Origin: an uncultured virus (IMG/VR IMGVR_UViG_3300046694_000616)
Lineage: Duplodnaviria; Heunggongvirae; Uroviricota; Caudoviricetes
Virus record (IMG/VR): IMGVR_UViG_3300046694_000616
DNA: 57,286 bases
Direction: 5' to 3' (one strand)
Under the pieces are notes generated by a model, which worked only from the letters and a program-made list of their open reading frames with translations, did not search any database and was not told the DNA's origin. Below are positions 9,741 through 19,492 of this stretch, piece after piece. The first letter of the stretch is position 1, and each line of letters begins with the position of its first letter. A program made the position numbers and the translations under genes.

Positions 9741-9866
9741 GACGAGTTGGGCCTTCCGCCGGATAAAGGTATAAAGTACCGTCGTTATCAGCAGATGGGA
9801 TTGGTGGCGCTCGCGGTAAGGTATCGGTTAAGCCAGTATTTGGCGCCATCAGCTTGTCGAGTCACA

Positions 9867-10964
9867 ATGTCCGTAAATCTCACAAAAATTGGTGTTTTCT
9901 TCGACGGAAGTTACTTCTCAGGCGTCAGTAATTTCTATCTGTATGAACATGAGCGTCGTTCTCGCATCGCCCTTAGCGGCATCCGCAACTATGTTGCGCG
10001 CCAAGTCGCGCGCGAAGAAGGCATAGAGCCGCGTCACTGCCGCATCGTCGAATCCCATCTGTTTGCAGGTCGCATCAGTGCTTACGATGCGCGCGAGCGG
10101 GACGCCGATGTGCTCTTCCGGGAGCGGCAATGGGACGAAATCCTCCAGAAGGAGGACGTCACAGCGCACTACCTGCCGATGGGCATGAGAGGCGAAAAGG
10201 GCATTGATGTGTCTCTTGCGCTCGAGTGCTACGAGGCCGCGCTGCTCAAGGGTCTCGACGTGGTCGTGCTCGTTACGGGCGATGGAGATTTCGTGCCCCT
10301 CGTGCGAAAGCTCAATGCACGCGGCCTGCGCGTGATGGTAATAGGCTTCACCTATAGCTTTATCGACAATGGGGGGCGCGAGCGCGGCGCCACGGTATCC
10401 CGGGCGCTGCTCAACGAGGCAACGTATCCGGTCCAGATGGACGAACTTATCGACCGATACGACCAGTTGTCTGAAGCCGAGCAAGCACTTGTCGACGACC
10501 TGTTCCTGAAGCGCCGTCCAGAGGCTGAAGAAGCTCCTGAGCCGGCCGCGGCACCGCCGACGAAGGTCGATACCCCCGCGCCGCTGGCAGCGGCTCCAGC
10601 CGCCCCGGAGGCAGCCGTGCGCGAGCGCGCGGACGTCGGCGCCGTCGTGTTCGTAGACCGCGGACCGCCCGCGTCAAAGGATTCACTCGAGCGATTCGCC
10701 AAAAAGGGGTTCGCCAATGGCGCGGGGGCGGCAGAAGAACCGGCGCGGGAAGAGCGCATCACCGGCCGCGTCATTCGCGTGCTCGACGGGTATGGGTTCA
10801 TCCAGTCTGATGTGACTGACCGGACACCGTTCTTCCACCATTCGGAGGTTCGCAAGCGCGGCTTCGACCATATTCAGCCCGGTACTCCGGTGAGCTTTGT
10901 CGAAACGCAAGGCGACCGCGGGCCCGTTGCCAAGGACATCCGGCTCATCGAAGACGCGGCGTGA
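9867..10964 (+). CDS. NYN (LabA/DUF88, PIN-like) domain protein fused to a C-terminal cold-shock domain
   Basis: VFFDGSY, EKGIDV, LVTGDGDFVPL NYN motifs; GYGFI..FFHHS..GPVAKDI cold-shock domain after a Pro/Ala linker. Confidence 0.88.
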   Translation: MSVNLTKIGVFFDGSYFSGVSNFYLYEHERRSRIALSGIRNYVARQVAREEGIEPRHCRIVESHLFAGRISAYDARERDADVLFRERQWDEILQKEDVTAHYLPMGMRGEKGIDVSLALECYEAALLKGLDVVVLVTGDGDFVPLVRKLNARGLRVMVIGFTYSFIDNGGRERGATVSRALLNEATYPVQMDELIDRYDQLSEAEQALVDDLFLKRRPEAEEAPEPAAAPPTKVDTPAPLAAAPAAPEAAVRERADVGAVVFVDRGPPASKDSLERFAKKGFANGAGAAEEPAREERITGRVIRVLDGYGFIQSDVTDRTPFFHHSEVRKRGFDHIQPGTPVSFVETQGDRGPVAKDIRLIEDAA

Positions 10965-11025
10965 GTCGTTCACCCGCATCGGCTATACCTCGTTACAGCA
11001 TGTGCTGTTAACCCACGAGGACATC

Positions 11026-11259
11026 ATGAGCGAGAAAAAGCTGAAGCAGGTTATTGCCGTCATCACCTTCGAAGACGACGAAGACAACATCATGGGCCTG
11101 TCGGACGCGGCGACGTGGATTTCCGTGAAGCTTGGCCGCAATAGAGCGGGCGAAAAGCTCGAAGTCACGACGTTCACGACCGCGGCAATCGCAGCTGAGG
11201 CTGAAGCAGAAAAGGAGGGCGACTTCGCCCTCGACGCTGAACGACTGGTCGGACATTGA
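11026..11259 (+). CDS. Small hypothetical protein
   Basis: GAGGA RBS, terminator 11287-11312. Confidence 0.7.
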   Translation: MSEKKLKQVIAVITFEDDEDNIMGLSDAATWISVKLGRNRAGEKLEVTTFTTAAIAAEAEAEKEGDFALDAERLVGH

Positions 11260-11472
11260 ACTGACAGAAAACTGCACTACTCACTCGCCACGGCTTCGTC
11301 CGTGGCTTTTTTGCGGCCGATTATCGAGCTCTGGAGCCCTTGTCGCCGTTCTCCTTTCTCTTGGCGCGAGTCCTCGCCGCCACGGCCGCATAGAACTCCC
11401 GCCGCAGCTGCTCGACACCTTCTTTGGTCGGCGGCGCGGTACGCGGGATGAAATAGGGTGTTTTGCGCTCGG

Positions 11473-11985
11473 TCACGCGTCTTTTAGCTCAGTGCTCGGT
11501 TCGGTTGTTTCGCCTTCGGGCCCGCCGACAGACGTAAGCACGTAGATGGCCATCAGCTTCTCAGCCATCCGGTAATCATCGTTGGACGCAATCATCAGCT
11601 GCTCGTCAAGCAGTTCGACGCCGGCGCGCATCCGGTCATACTCCTCCGGTCGGGCCGTCCAATCGTTGTTCTCGGACGGATAGCGGCTTTCCATTGCGCA
11701 GATGGCTTCCTGAGCCGTCTTGCACACGCTCAGCCTCTCCTGGTAATAGCCCCGTTCGCACAGCTTCTCTGATACGACATAGAGCTGCGCAAGCTCGACG
11801 AAGAGACCGCCACCGCCACGGCCACTCTTGAACGCGTCGAGCGCCACAAACGCCTGTAGCAACGCAGGATGCTGTGCCGTCGGTGTAGCGTCGCGCACGA
11901 GTGCACCAAGCAGCGGCGAAATGCCTCTTCGGACGGGTTTCCTGCGGGAAGATTTTTTCGACACGATGCGTACGCTGGTTTCCAA
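11473..11985 (-). CDS. Hypothetical protein (Burkholderia-type helical protein)
   Basis: 170-aa ORF; start uncertain. Confidence 0.55.
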   Translation of the reverse strand: METSVRIVSKKSSRRKPVRRGISPLLGALVRDATPTAQHPALLQAFVALDAFKSGRGGGGLFVELAQLYVVSEKLCERGYYQERLSVCKTAQEAICAMESRYPSENNDWTARPEEYDRMRAGVELLDEQLMIASNDDYRMAEKLMAIYVLTSVGGPEGETTEPSTELKDA

Positions 11986-12086
11986 AGTGTCGCTATTCTA
12001 TCGAACGCCGCAAGTTGCTGGAAAGCCTGCGTATAACCGGTCAGCAGCAACCTGGGCCGACAACTTGCCGTTCGGGCATCCGCCCT

Positions 12087-12315
12087 TCAGGCTACGAAGT
12101 TCGGTTGACCCGGCTTCGCCTTCCACGTCAGAGACCCATTGCGGTGGCACATAGTGGCTCATGCCGGCCGCGTCAAGGATGCGATGGCCACCACTCGCGC
12201 TGACGGCTAGGTCGGTCGGCGCGTCGATGCGCACTTTCAGGCCTTCGGGGAACGTGTACTCGCGAAACTCTTCGCTCGAAATGTCAGTGAACTTGTGGGC
12301 GGACTGGTTGTTCAT
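12087..12315 (-). pseudogene. Small phage-type hypothetical protein, probably frameshifted near 12130
   Basis: FTDISSEEFREY..SASGGHRILD..SHYVPPQW continues in another frame as LTWKAKPGQPNFVA* (stop 12087-12089); called ORF 11998-12315 runs on out of frame. Confidence 0.5.
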
Positions 12316-12675
12316 GGGGTTTGAGAGTTCATGCGTCCAGCAAGGCGACGCGGGGTTTCAGGCTAGCTTCGCCGGGACTTCAGCTGCTCGCCATTAGGCC
12401 GTCGATGCTGAGGAGTCGGGCATTCCAGATTAATCATGATGCTTAATTCGACGACGGTGAGTATACATTGAAAACGTCACTACGCAAGTTTCCGCCATCA
12501 AACAATGGCAGCCAAGGAAGGAGTTGGCGATGCCCGGCGATTGCACCTGCGCAGCGCCTAATGACTAAAACATCGCGCAAATAGTTAACAAGTCTTCTTA
12601 GGTGTTAGTTGTACTTTACGCATAATGTGGTATAATGGCAGTTAGTTAGTCAATCTCTGCCTCTGAGGAAATGCC

Positions 12676-13938
12676 ATGTTTTTCCACGTCATGCTGGAAA
12701 TCTTCGAACTGCTGCCGGTGCTGCTTATCATCTGCACGGCGGTCAACTTCCTGTTGCGCCTGCTTACGAAGGCCGCGGAGCCGCGACGCGATTACACCTA
12801 CCAGCCCAAGGTCAGCGTTCTCGTGCCCGTCTACAACGAAGGCGAAAACATCCTGAACACGCTGAACAGCATCATCAATGCGGACTGGCCGCGCGACAAG
12901 CTGGAAATCATCGCTTACGACGACTTCAGCAAGGACGACTCGATGATGTACGTGCAGCAGATTGCTGACGCGAATCCGGGTCTCGTGCGGGTCGGCCGCA
13001 ACCCGGTGAACTCCGGCAAGCACCTGACCGTGCTGAACGCATCCAAGCACGCGACGGGCGAGATTTTCATCGTCATCGACAGCGACTGCATCTTCCACAA
13101 GGACGTCATCAAGGAACTCGTGGCGTGCTTCGGCGGCGATTCGCGCGTCGGCGCGGTCGGCGGCTCGGTGGGCATTACCAACGTGAACGACAACGTCTAC
13201 ACGATGGCGCAGGCTATTACGTACTTCCGCAGCTTCCAGCTCGGCAAGCTCACGCAGATTCTGCAAGGTGGCGTCAGCTGCATCAGCGGTTGCCTGTTCT
13301 CCATCCGCGCGTCGGTCTACCGCGACATCGAGGACGACATCAAGAATCTGAACTTCCTGGGCGTGAAGGTTCGCGCTGGCGAGGACCGCTACATGACGCA
13401 CACGGTCATGCTGCGCGGCTGGCGTACCCTCATCAACCCGCACGCTATCTGCTGGACGTCGGTTCCCAACAAGTTCGACGTGCTGTTCAAGCAGCAGCTT
13501 CGCTGGTCGCGCTCGGCGCTGCGTGATGCAGTCTGGACGCTCGTTACGCTGCGCAAGAACTTCCGCATCGTCGGCGTGAATCGCACGCTGACCTGGCTGA
13601 TGCCTTACCTGCTGGCGATTCTCGTGACGTTCTTCGCGCTGAGCTGCGTGAAAGTCTACGGCCCGGGTGTGTTCTGGAAGGGTGCCTGCTACGGCGTGGT
13701 GTACGGCGCACTGAGCTCGATTATCGCGGCGATGGCCTACAACATCTATGCCCCGCGCCTGATGCCGGGTTCGAAGAAAATCAACTCGCTGCTGCTCGTG
13801 GGACTGTTCCAGGCATGGGGCCTCATTTCGCTGATGCTGCACTTCATGGCGCTGTTCTCGTTCGACCAGGACGCGTGGGGTACGCGAGAAAAGGTTGCCA
13901 CCGCCGAGCAGCCGCAGGATGCCACACCGGCAAAGTAA
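12676..13938 (+). CDS. Processive GT2 polysaccharide synthase (hyaluronan synthase/NodC/IcaA-like)
   Basis: VPVYNE, DD, DSD, CISG, GEDR and QQLRW motifs; N- and C-terminal TM helices; own promoter (-10 TATAAT 12631-12636). Confidence 0.9.
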   Translation: MFFHVMLEIFELLPVLLIICTAVNFLLRLLTKAAEPRRDYTYQPKVSVLVPVYNEGENILNTLNSIINADWPRDKLEIIAYDDFSKDDSMMYVQQIADANPGLVRVGRNPVNSGKHLTVLNASKHATGEIFIVIDSDCIFHKDVIKELVACFGGDSRVGAVGGSVGITNVNDNVYTMAQAITYFRSFQLGKLTQILQGGVSCISGCLFSIRASVYRDIEDDIKNLNFLGVKVRAGEDRYMTHTVMLRGWRTLINPHAICWTSVPNKFDVLFKQQLRWSRSALRDAVWTLVTLRKNFRIVGVNRTLTWLMPYLLAILVTFFALSCVKVYGPGVFWKGACYGVVYGALSSIIAAMAYNIYAPRLMPGSKKINSLLLVGLFQAWGLISLMLHFMALFSFDQDAWGTREKVATAEQPQDATPAK

Positions 13939-14052
13939 AACTGCAACTTAACTTAGGCGTTATTTGCACTTAACATCCATTTCGTGCTATAATGTTACTC
14001 ATCAGTTAGAGATTCACCTGTTTATCCATAACTCTTATTAGCCGAGAAATCC

Positions 14053-15165
14053 ATGAGCACTCCCGCAAATGCAACAAGCGGCAACTTCTTCGCCCGCTTC
14101 CAGATGTCGAAATACCAGGGTGCCCTGCTGAAGAGCTATCGCTACCTGGCCGTTTTCCTGCTGACCGCAATCCTGCTGTGCGCGTCGGGCTACGGCATTA
14201 CCATGCTGACGTTCGTGGTCAATTCGAGCTGGGTCGCGCCGGTCATCCTGAGCAAGTCGGACCCGCACGTCGCGCAGCTTGCCGCCCAGGTGTTTACGGC
14301 CAAGCAGAACTATGACCAGATGAAGGGCGAGCTCGACAGCGCAGAACAGGCGCGTAACCTGCTGCAAACGCAGCGTGACTGGCTCACGGGCATCATCGGC
14401 CGCTACGAGCACTCGCTTGGCGACGAGAAGGACGCCAACGCAGCCTTCAACGCCCAGCTGCAAAAGCTGGTCGCCGAGCGCAAGGCAGTCAATGCGCGGG
14501 CAGCGCAGGTCGTGGCAGCGAACCGTCAGGTGTCCGCTAACATCGACCAGGCGCTCAAGGCAGGCCTCATGACGAACGTGTCGGCGACGCAGGCACGGGC
14601 AGGGCTTGTTACGGCGGAGTCGGCTCTCGCGGACAGCAAGGTGGCGGCAGCGACGATTGACAACCAGATTTCGCAGCTGACGCGTGGCGTGGCGTCGCTC
14701 GGTGGCGGCAATAGCTCGCCGGAAGCGATGCAAAGCCTGGCGCAGGTCAGCATGCTCAAGCAGAGCCTGAGCGAAACCAACCTCAAGCTGGTGCAGCTGA
14801 ATGCGGATGTAAGCGTCAAGGCCAAGGAAGCCGCGGAACTCGAAACGATGCTCAACGGCCTCAAGGCAAGCCCGTACTACATGGCCGCGTATGGCGACAA
14901 GGACACGCGTCGTTTCGCTTTCGTGCCGTACGACAACGAAGATTCTGCGCACGTCGGCGCTCCGGTGTACTCGTGCAAGGCTGAAATCGTGCTGTGCTTC
15001 AAGGTCGGTCGTGTGAAGTCGATTACCAAGGACGAAGAACACGCTCAGCATCCGCTGTTCAGCACGCAGCTGCGCGGCGTCCTGGTCGAATTGGACCTCG
15101 ACGACAACAAGGCAGCCAAGGACCAGGTTCTGTTCGTCGGCCACAGCCCCTTCTACATCCTCTGA
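14053..15165 (+). CDS. Membrane-anchored coiled-coil protein, periplasmic adaptor (MFP)-like
   Basis: One N-terminal TM, long heptad helical region, C-terminal beta-rich segment; own promoter TTGCAC 13964 / TATAAT 13988. Confidence 0.55.
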   Translation: MSTPANATSGNFFARFQMSKYQGALLKSYRYLAVFLLTAILLCASGYGITMLTFVVNSSWVAPVILSKSDPHVAQLAAQVFTAKQNYDQMKGELDSAEQARNLLQTQRDWLTGIIGRYEHSLGDEKDANAAFNAQLQKLVAERKAVNARAAQVVAANRQVSANIDQALKAGLMTNVSATQARAGLVTAESALADSKVAAATIDNQISQLTRGVASLGGGNSSPEAMQSLAQVSMLKQSLSETNLKLVQLNADVSVKAKEAAELETMLNGLKASPYYMAAYGDKDTRRFAFVPYDNEDSAHVGAPVYSCKAEIVLCFKVGRVKSITKDEEHAQHPLFSTQLRGVLVELDLDDNKAAKDQVLFVGHSPFYIL

Positions 15166-15352
15166 TGTTCTAACCCGGCCGGGGCGCAATGCTCCGGCCG
15201 TTTGTTTCTCCAGTCTTGCCTGGCCGTCGCTCAGGCGTATATCACAAAACATCAAACGTATAAACACGTTGCTCTAGTAGCTGTTCTTTGATATAATGAC
15301 TGCCTTAGTTGTTATTCGTATATAACATCAAACGCCGATAGAGGTAGTGAAC

Positions 15353-16420
15353 ATGCATCCCAAGTACAAGACGCTCGCCGTCGCCGTGGCACTCGCGGCC
15401 ATCTCGACCTCCAGTTTTGCCGATGAATCCGACTCGTTCTGCCAGCTGACGCAGGCTCAGGCTGAAGTGCAGAAGCAACTGCTCGGTTCGGCGCAGATGT
15501 TCGCCACGACTGGTAACCCGGCAACGGGTAACAGCAGCACCATCACGGTGGGCTTCAGCAAGTCCCTGTCGAAGCAGCTGCAAGCCCGCACGACGGGCGA
15601 ACTGGCGGATGCTACGTGCGACGCCTATCGCGCCGACCGCAAGCTCGCAGAGCAGGCTCAGAACGTCGAACAGCGCGGCAACCTGCACGCCTTCGAAGCA
15701 ATGGAGCCGGTGCTGCGCCAGGCGCTCGACATTGCCAATGCGAACGCGAAAAAGGAAGAGGCGATGCTGGGCGTCCATACTTCGTCGCTCTCGGACTTGA
15801 AGGCAGCCTACGACGCGCGCGACGTGGTGCGCAGTCTCCTTACGGCGCTGCAACAAGCTCGCGCCCGTATCGCCAATCAACTCCCCGAGGCGGACGTTCC
15901 GCTGGGCGGTCTGGTGCACGAAGCCATCGCGGCGCACGCGGCCGTAGCAAGCGAAACGAGTGAGCTGGCGGCGCAATCGGCATGGGACGTATCTATTGCG
16001 GCCGGCGCACAGACGGACCCGCGTTCAGGCGGCGCGACCAAGCCCTTCATCGGCCTGACGGTCAGCTACAGCTTCGGGGCTGGCGCGGCGAATCGCGCAG
16101 CCAAGTCGGTTGGTGGACTGGCCGAAAAATACCAGAGCGAGCAACGCGATGGCCCGGTTCAGCAGTTTCTGCGCGCCAAGGAAACGGCGCATGGCCTGAT
16201 TACAGCCGAAGAGGGCATTCTGCAAGGCCTCTACGAACGGAAGGCACTGGCCGACAACACGGTCGAGCGGTTGAAGGGCATCCAGTCCGACGACGCACAG
16301 CGCGCGATGCGCCAGGCGACGCTCGAACAGATGGGCACCCAGGCTCAAATCACGGGTTCGGAAGCTCGACTGGACTACCTGCGCAGCTGGATTGCACGTA
16401 ACGCAGACCCTCGCATCTGA
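15353..16420 (+). CDS. Secreted helical protein, possible TolC-like outer-membrane export protein
   Basis: Sec signal peptide (..SSFA/DE); two repeats of a beta-hairpin (ITVGFSKSL; IGLTVSYSF) followed by long helices; own promoter TATAAT 15292. Confidence 0.5.
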   Translation: MHPKYKTLAVAVALAAISTSSFADESDSFCQLTQAQAEVQKQLLGSAQMFATTGNPATGNSSTITVGFSKSLSKQLQARTTGELADATCDAYRADRKLAEQAQNVEQRGNLHAFEAMEPVLRQALDIANANAKKEEAMLGVHTSSLSDLKAAYDARDVVRSLLTALQQARARIANQLPEADVPLGGLVHEAIAAHAAVASETSELAAQSAWDVSIAAGAQTDPRSGGATKPFIGLTVSYSFGAGAANRAAKSVGGLAEKYQSEQRDGPVQQFLRAKETAHGLITAEEGILQGLYERKALADNTVERLKGIQSDDAQRAMRQATLEQMGTQAQITGSEARLDYLRSWIARNADPRI

Positions 16421-16637
16421 TGGCTATGCCGGTCGGGAAAGGCTGGCAACCAAGCAAAATGCGTAAATCGCAATTAACGATATACCATAGTAGTTAAGGC
16501 ATCTTTTCGTTCCCGTTGACTGCATTCTGTGCTATAATGGGAACCATGCACTGAGATAGTTCTACTTGCCGGTAGCAGTGCTGTTAACCACGCTAATGCC
16601 AGTCTGAACTGGTCAAATTAATACGGGACGTTTGAAA

Positions 16638-17936
16638 ATGAACAAGACTTCGCAAATCGCAATCATCGGCCTCGGTTATGTCGGCGCACCGCTCGCGCTG
16701 GAGCTGGCCAAGCACAACAACGTTATCGGTTTCGACATCAACGTCGAGCGCGTCACCGAACTGAGCCAGGGCTTCGACCGCACGCGTGAAATGGCGAGCG
16801 ACGAGCTGAACGGCCTGCTCGCCGACAAGCGCCTGATGCTGACGTCGGACGTCGAAAACCTGCGCGAAGCTGACATTTTCATCGTGACCGTGCCGACGCC
16901 GGTGAGCGAAGCAAACGTGCCCGACATGGGCTGCGTGCTGGCCGCCACCCGTACGGTGGCCCAGGTGATGAAGAAGGGCGCCATCGTCGTCTACGAAAGC
17001 ACGGTCTATCCCGGCGCGACGGAAGAAGAATGCCTGCCCGTGCTGCAAAAGGTTTCGGGCTACAGCTATCCGGAAGAATTCGCCATTGGCTACTCGCCGG
17101 AGCGTATCAATCCGGGTGACCAGGTGCACCGCCTGACGAACACGACCAAGATTGTCTCGGGCGACCGTCCGGAAGTGCTGGAAACCCTGGCTGCCCTGTA
17201 CGGTTCGATTACGAACATCCACCGCGCTCCGGCCATCAAGGTCGCGGAAAGCGCGAAGGTGCTCGAAAACGTGCAGCGTGACGTCAATATCGCGCTGATG
17301 AACGAGGTCTATCAGGTCTTTACGCACTGCGGCGTCGATACGCACGACGTGCTGGAAGCGGCTGGCACGAAGTGGAACTTCCTGAAGTTCCAGCCGGGTC
17401 TGGTGGGCGGTCACTGCATTTCGGTGGACCCGTACTACCTGAGCCACAAGGCCGCAGCAGAAGGCTTCAACGCCAAGCTCATCATGGCATCGCGTGCCAC
17501 GAACGACTCGATGCCGGCTTTCATCGTCGACCAGCTGGTCAAGAAGATGGTCAAGACGGTCGGCGTGAACCGCGATACGGTCGTGACCGTACTCGGTGCG
17601 ACGTTCAAGGAGAACGTGCCGGACGTGCGTAATTCGAAGGTTGCTGACATCTGCGAAGAGCTCGGCAAGTACGGCGTGAAGGTGCAAGTCGTTGACCCGC
17701 TGGCTGACCAGGCTGAAGTCGAGCACGAGCTGGGCCTCACGATGGTTTCGCTGGAAGATGCGCAGGCGAATCCGGCCGACGCGGTGATTCTCGCCGTTCC
17801 GCATGCTGACTTCGTGGCTGACGGCGGCTGGACGCTCATGGAAAGCCTCGCCAAGCCGGAACTGGCGCTGGTGATGGACTTCAAGGCGCAGCTGAACGCC
17901 GACAACGCACCGGCTCACCTGCACGTCTGCCGCTAA
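16638..17936 (+). CDS. Nucleotide-sugar dehydrogenase, UDP-N-acetylhexosamine 6-dehydrogenase (WbpO/TviB-like)
   Basis: GLGYVG, VPTP, ESTVYPG, YSPERINPG, GLVGGHCISVDPYYL, FKENVPDVRNSK. Confidence 0.92.
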   Translation: MNKTSQIAIIGLGYVGAPLALELAKHNNVIGFDINVERVTELSQGFDRTREMASDELNGLLADKRLMLTSDVENLREADIFIVTVPTPVSEANVPDMGCVLAATRTVAQVMKKGAIVVYESTVYPGATEEECLPVLQKVSGYSYPEEFAIGYSPERINPGDQVHRLTNTTKIVSGDRPEVLETLAALYGSITNIHRAPAIKVAESAKVLENVQRDVNIALMNEVYQVFTHCGVDTHDVLEAAGTKWNFLKFQPGLVGGHCISVDPYYLSHKAAAEGFNAKLIMASRATNDSMPAFIVDQLVKKMVKTVGVNRDTVVTVLGATFKENVPDVRNSKVADICEELGKYGVKVQVVDPLADQAEVEHELGLTMVSLEDAQANPADAVILAVPHADFVADGGWTLMESLAKPELALVMDFKAQLNADNAPAHLHVCR

Positions 17937-17994
17937 GCCGCGGCTCTCTCAACACCCCTCTATCGGCAGCCAGGGCGTCCCTCTGGCTATTTTG

Positions 17995-18057
17995 AGCCCG
18001 GCCATCGTGCCGGGCTTTTTTTCGTCCATGAAAAAGCCGCAGACGAATCTGCGGCTT
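17995..18057. terminator. Convergent intrinsic terminators
   Basis: agcccggc..gccgggct-T run (+) and aaaaagccgcag..ctgcggctt (-). Confidence 0.7.
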
Positions 18058-18078
18058 GAGGGATGATGCGCGGCCTGC

Positions 18079-18345
18079 TCAGTTAGCTACCCAGGCCGGA
18101 AGGCCCGCTTGCACACAGGCTGCTATCGACGCGCCGTTCGGGCCGTCATCGGGCACAACGTCCACCACCTGCACATCGGCCGGCGGAGGCGTGTCCCAGG
18201 TTGCCATATAGTCGCGGGCGGCCTGCTCGGAAGGGAAGGTGACCGCGGAGGACTGACCGGCAGTGTCGAGGTTCGTCCAGAAGCCCAGCCCAAGAAAGGA
18301 ACCCAGATACACGCCGTCTTCTTTGCTATAGATGACCACAGCCAT
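18079..18345 (-). CDS. Small hypothetical protein
   Basis: GGAGA RBS, CCTATAC motif upstream, terminator downstream. Confidence 0.7.
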   Translation of the reverse strand: MAVVIYSKEDGVYLGSFLGLGFWTNLDTAGQSSAVTFPSEQAARDYMATWDTPPPADVQVVDVVPDDGPNGASIAACVQAGLPAWVAN

Positions 18346-18516
18346 TGAAATTCTCCAGTTTTGTCCACGAATTTTACAGGGTACTCACGCAGTATAGGTT
18401 TCGCCTGGCGCAAACCCAGGGTACCCCGAAAAAGAGTTCGCATCATCCGCTTGACCCGCGCCTATACTTAGATGTAAAATGCGATTAACGATTAACAACC
18501 AACAAAAACCGTCACC

Positions 18517-19395
18517 ATGAACCACATTGCACTGCGCTCGTTCACCGCCGAAGGCGATATGTCCAGCTACCCTGACATCAATTTCATGTCCTTCCCGGGT
18601 GGCGAACGCCACGCCCGTCTGCCGGTCGACGACATCCTGCTCGCAGGCCCGGTGTCCTTCTGGAGCATCGAAGCACGCGTCTACACGCCTGCTGACATCA
18701 TGGACCTAATGCTCGTCGCGGACGCACTGCGTCGGGTGATTCCCGCAGGCAGCATCCTCAAACTCGTGATGCCTTACGTGCCGTATGCCCGCCAGGACCG
18801 TGTGGCAGTGGACGGCGAGCCGCTCTCGATTGCGGTCTTCTGCAACATCATCAATGCCCTGGCCTTCGACCAGGTCGAAATCTGGGACCCGCACAGCGAC
18901 GTGACGCCCGCGCTCATCAAGAATGTGCGCATCCGTCCGACGCGCGACCTGATGTTTGCTGCGTTCGGCATGAAGGGCGGGGCAAGCCTGCTGCGCGAAT
19001 GCGCATTCGTCGCGCCCGACGCAGGAGCCCGCAAGCGTGTCTCGACGCTCGCCAAAATGTTCAATACTGAAGTGGTGTTTGCCGACAAGAAGCGCGACCC
19101 GGTGACGGGCAAGCTCTCGGGCGCGCAAGTGCAGGGCGACGTGCCCGCGAAGCCGCTGCTCGTGGTCGACGACATCTGCGACGGCGGCGGCACCTTCATC
19201 GAGCTGGCCCGCGTGCTGCGCGAAAAGACGGACCAGCCGCTGTACCTCTACGTGACGCACGGCCTCTTCACGAAGGGACTGGAGCCGCTCAAGGCCGCCT
19301 ACGCTGGCGTGTTCTCGGCGAACGTGCGCAACGCAGAACTCGCTGCCGAACTGGGTGTTTTCGAGCTTATCGAGGCGACCGACACCGCTGCTTAA
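18517..19395 (+). CDS. Ribose-phosphate pyrophosphokinase-like protein (candidate Adps of NARP1)
   Basis: FPGGE, MPYVPYARQDR, DPHS, APDAGA, VVDDICDGGGTF, VTHGLF. Confidence 0.9.
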   Translation: MNHIALRSFTAEGDMSSYPDINFMSFPGGERHARLPVDDILLAGPVSFWSIEARVYTPADIMDLMLVADALRRVIPAGSILKLVMPYVPYARQDRVAVDGEPLSIAVFCNIINALAFDQVEIWDPHSDVTPALIKNVRIRPTRDLMFAAFGMKGGASLLRECAFVAPDAGARKRVSTLAKMFNTEVVFADKKRDPVTGKLSGAQVQGDVPAKPLLVVDDICDGGGTFIELARVLREKTDQPLYLYVTHGLFTKGLEPLKAAYAGVFSANVRNAELAAELGVFELIEATDTAA

Positions 19396-19492
19396 GAAAA
19401 CGCTTTGACCTCACGCGATTTAGTGCTATACTTTGGCGTAAATCGCGATTAACACCAAACACCGCGAATAACCACATCAGAAAGAGTAGACC

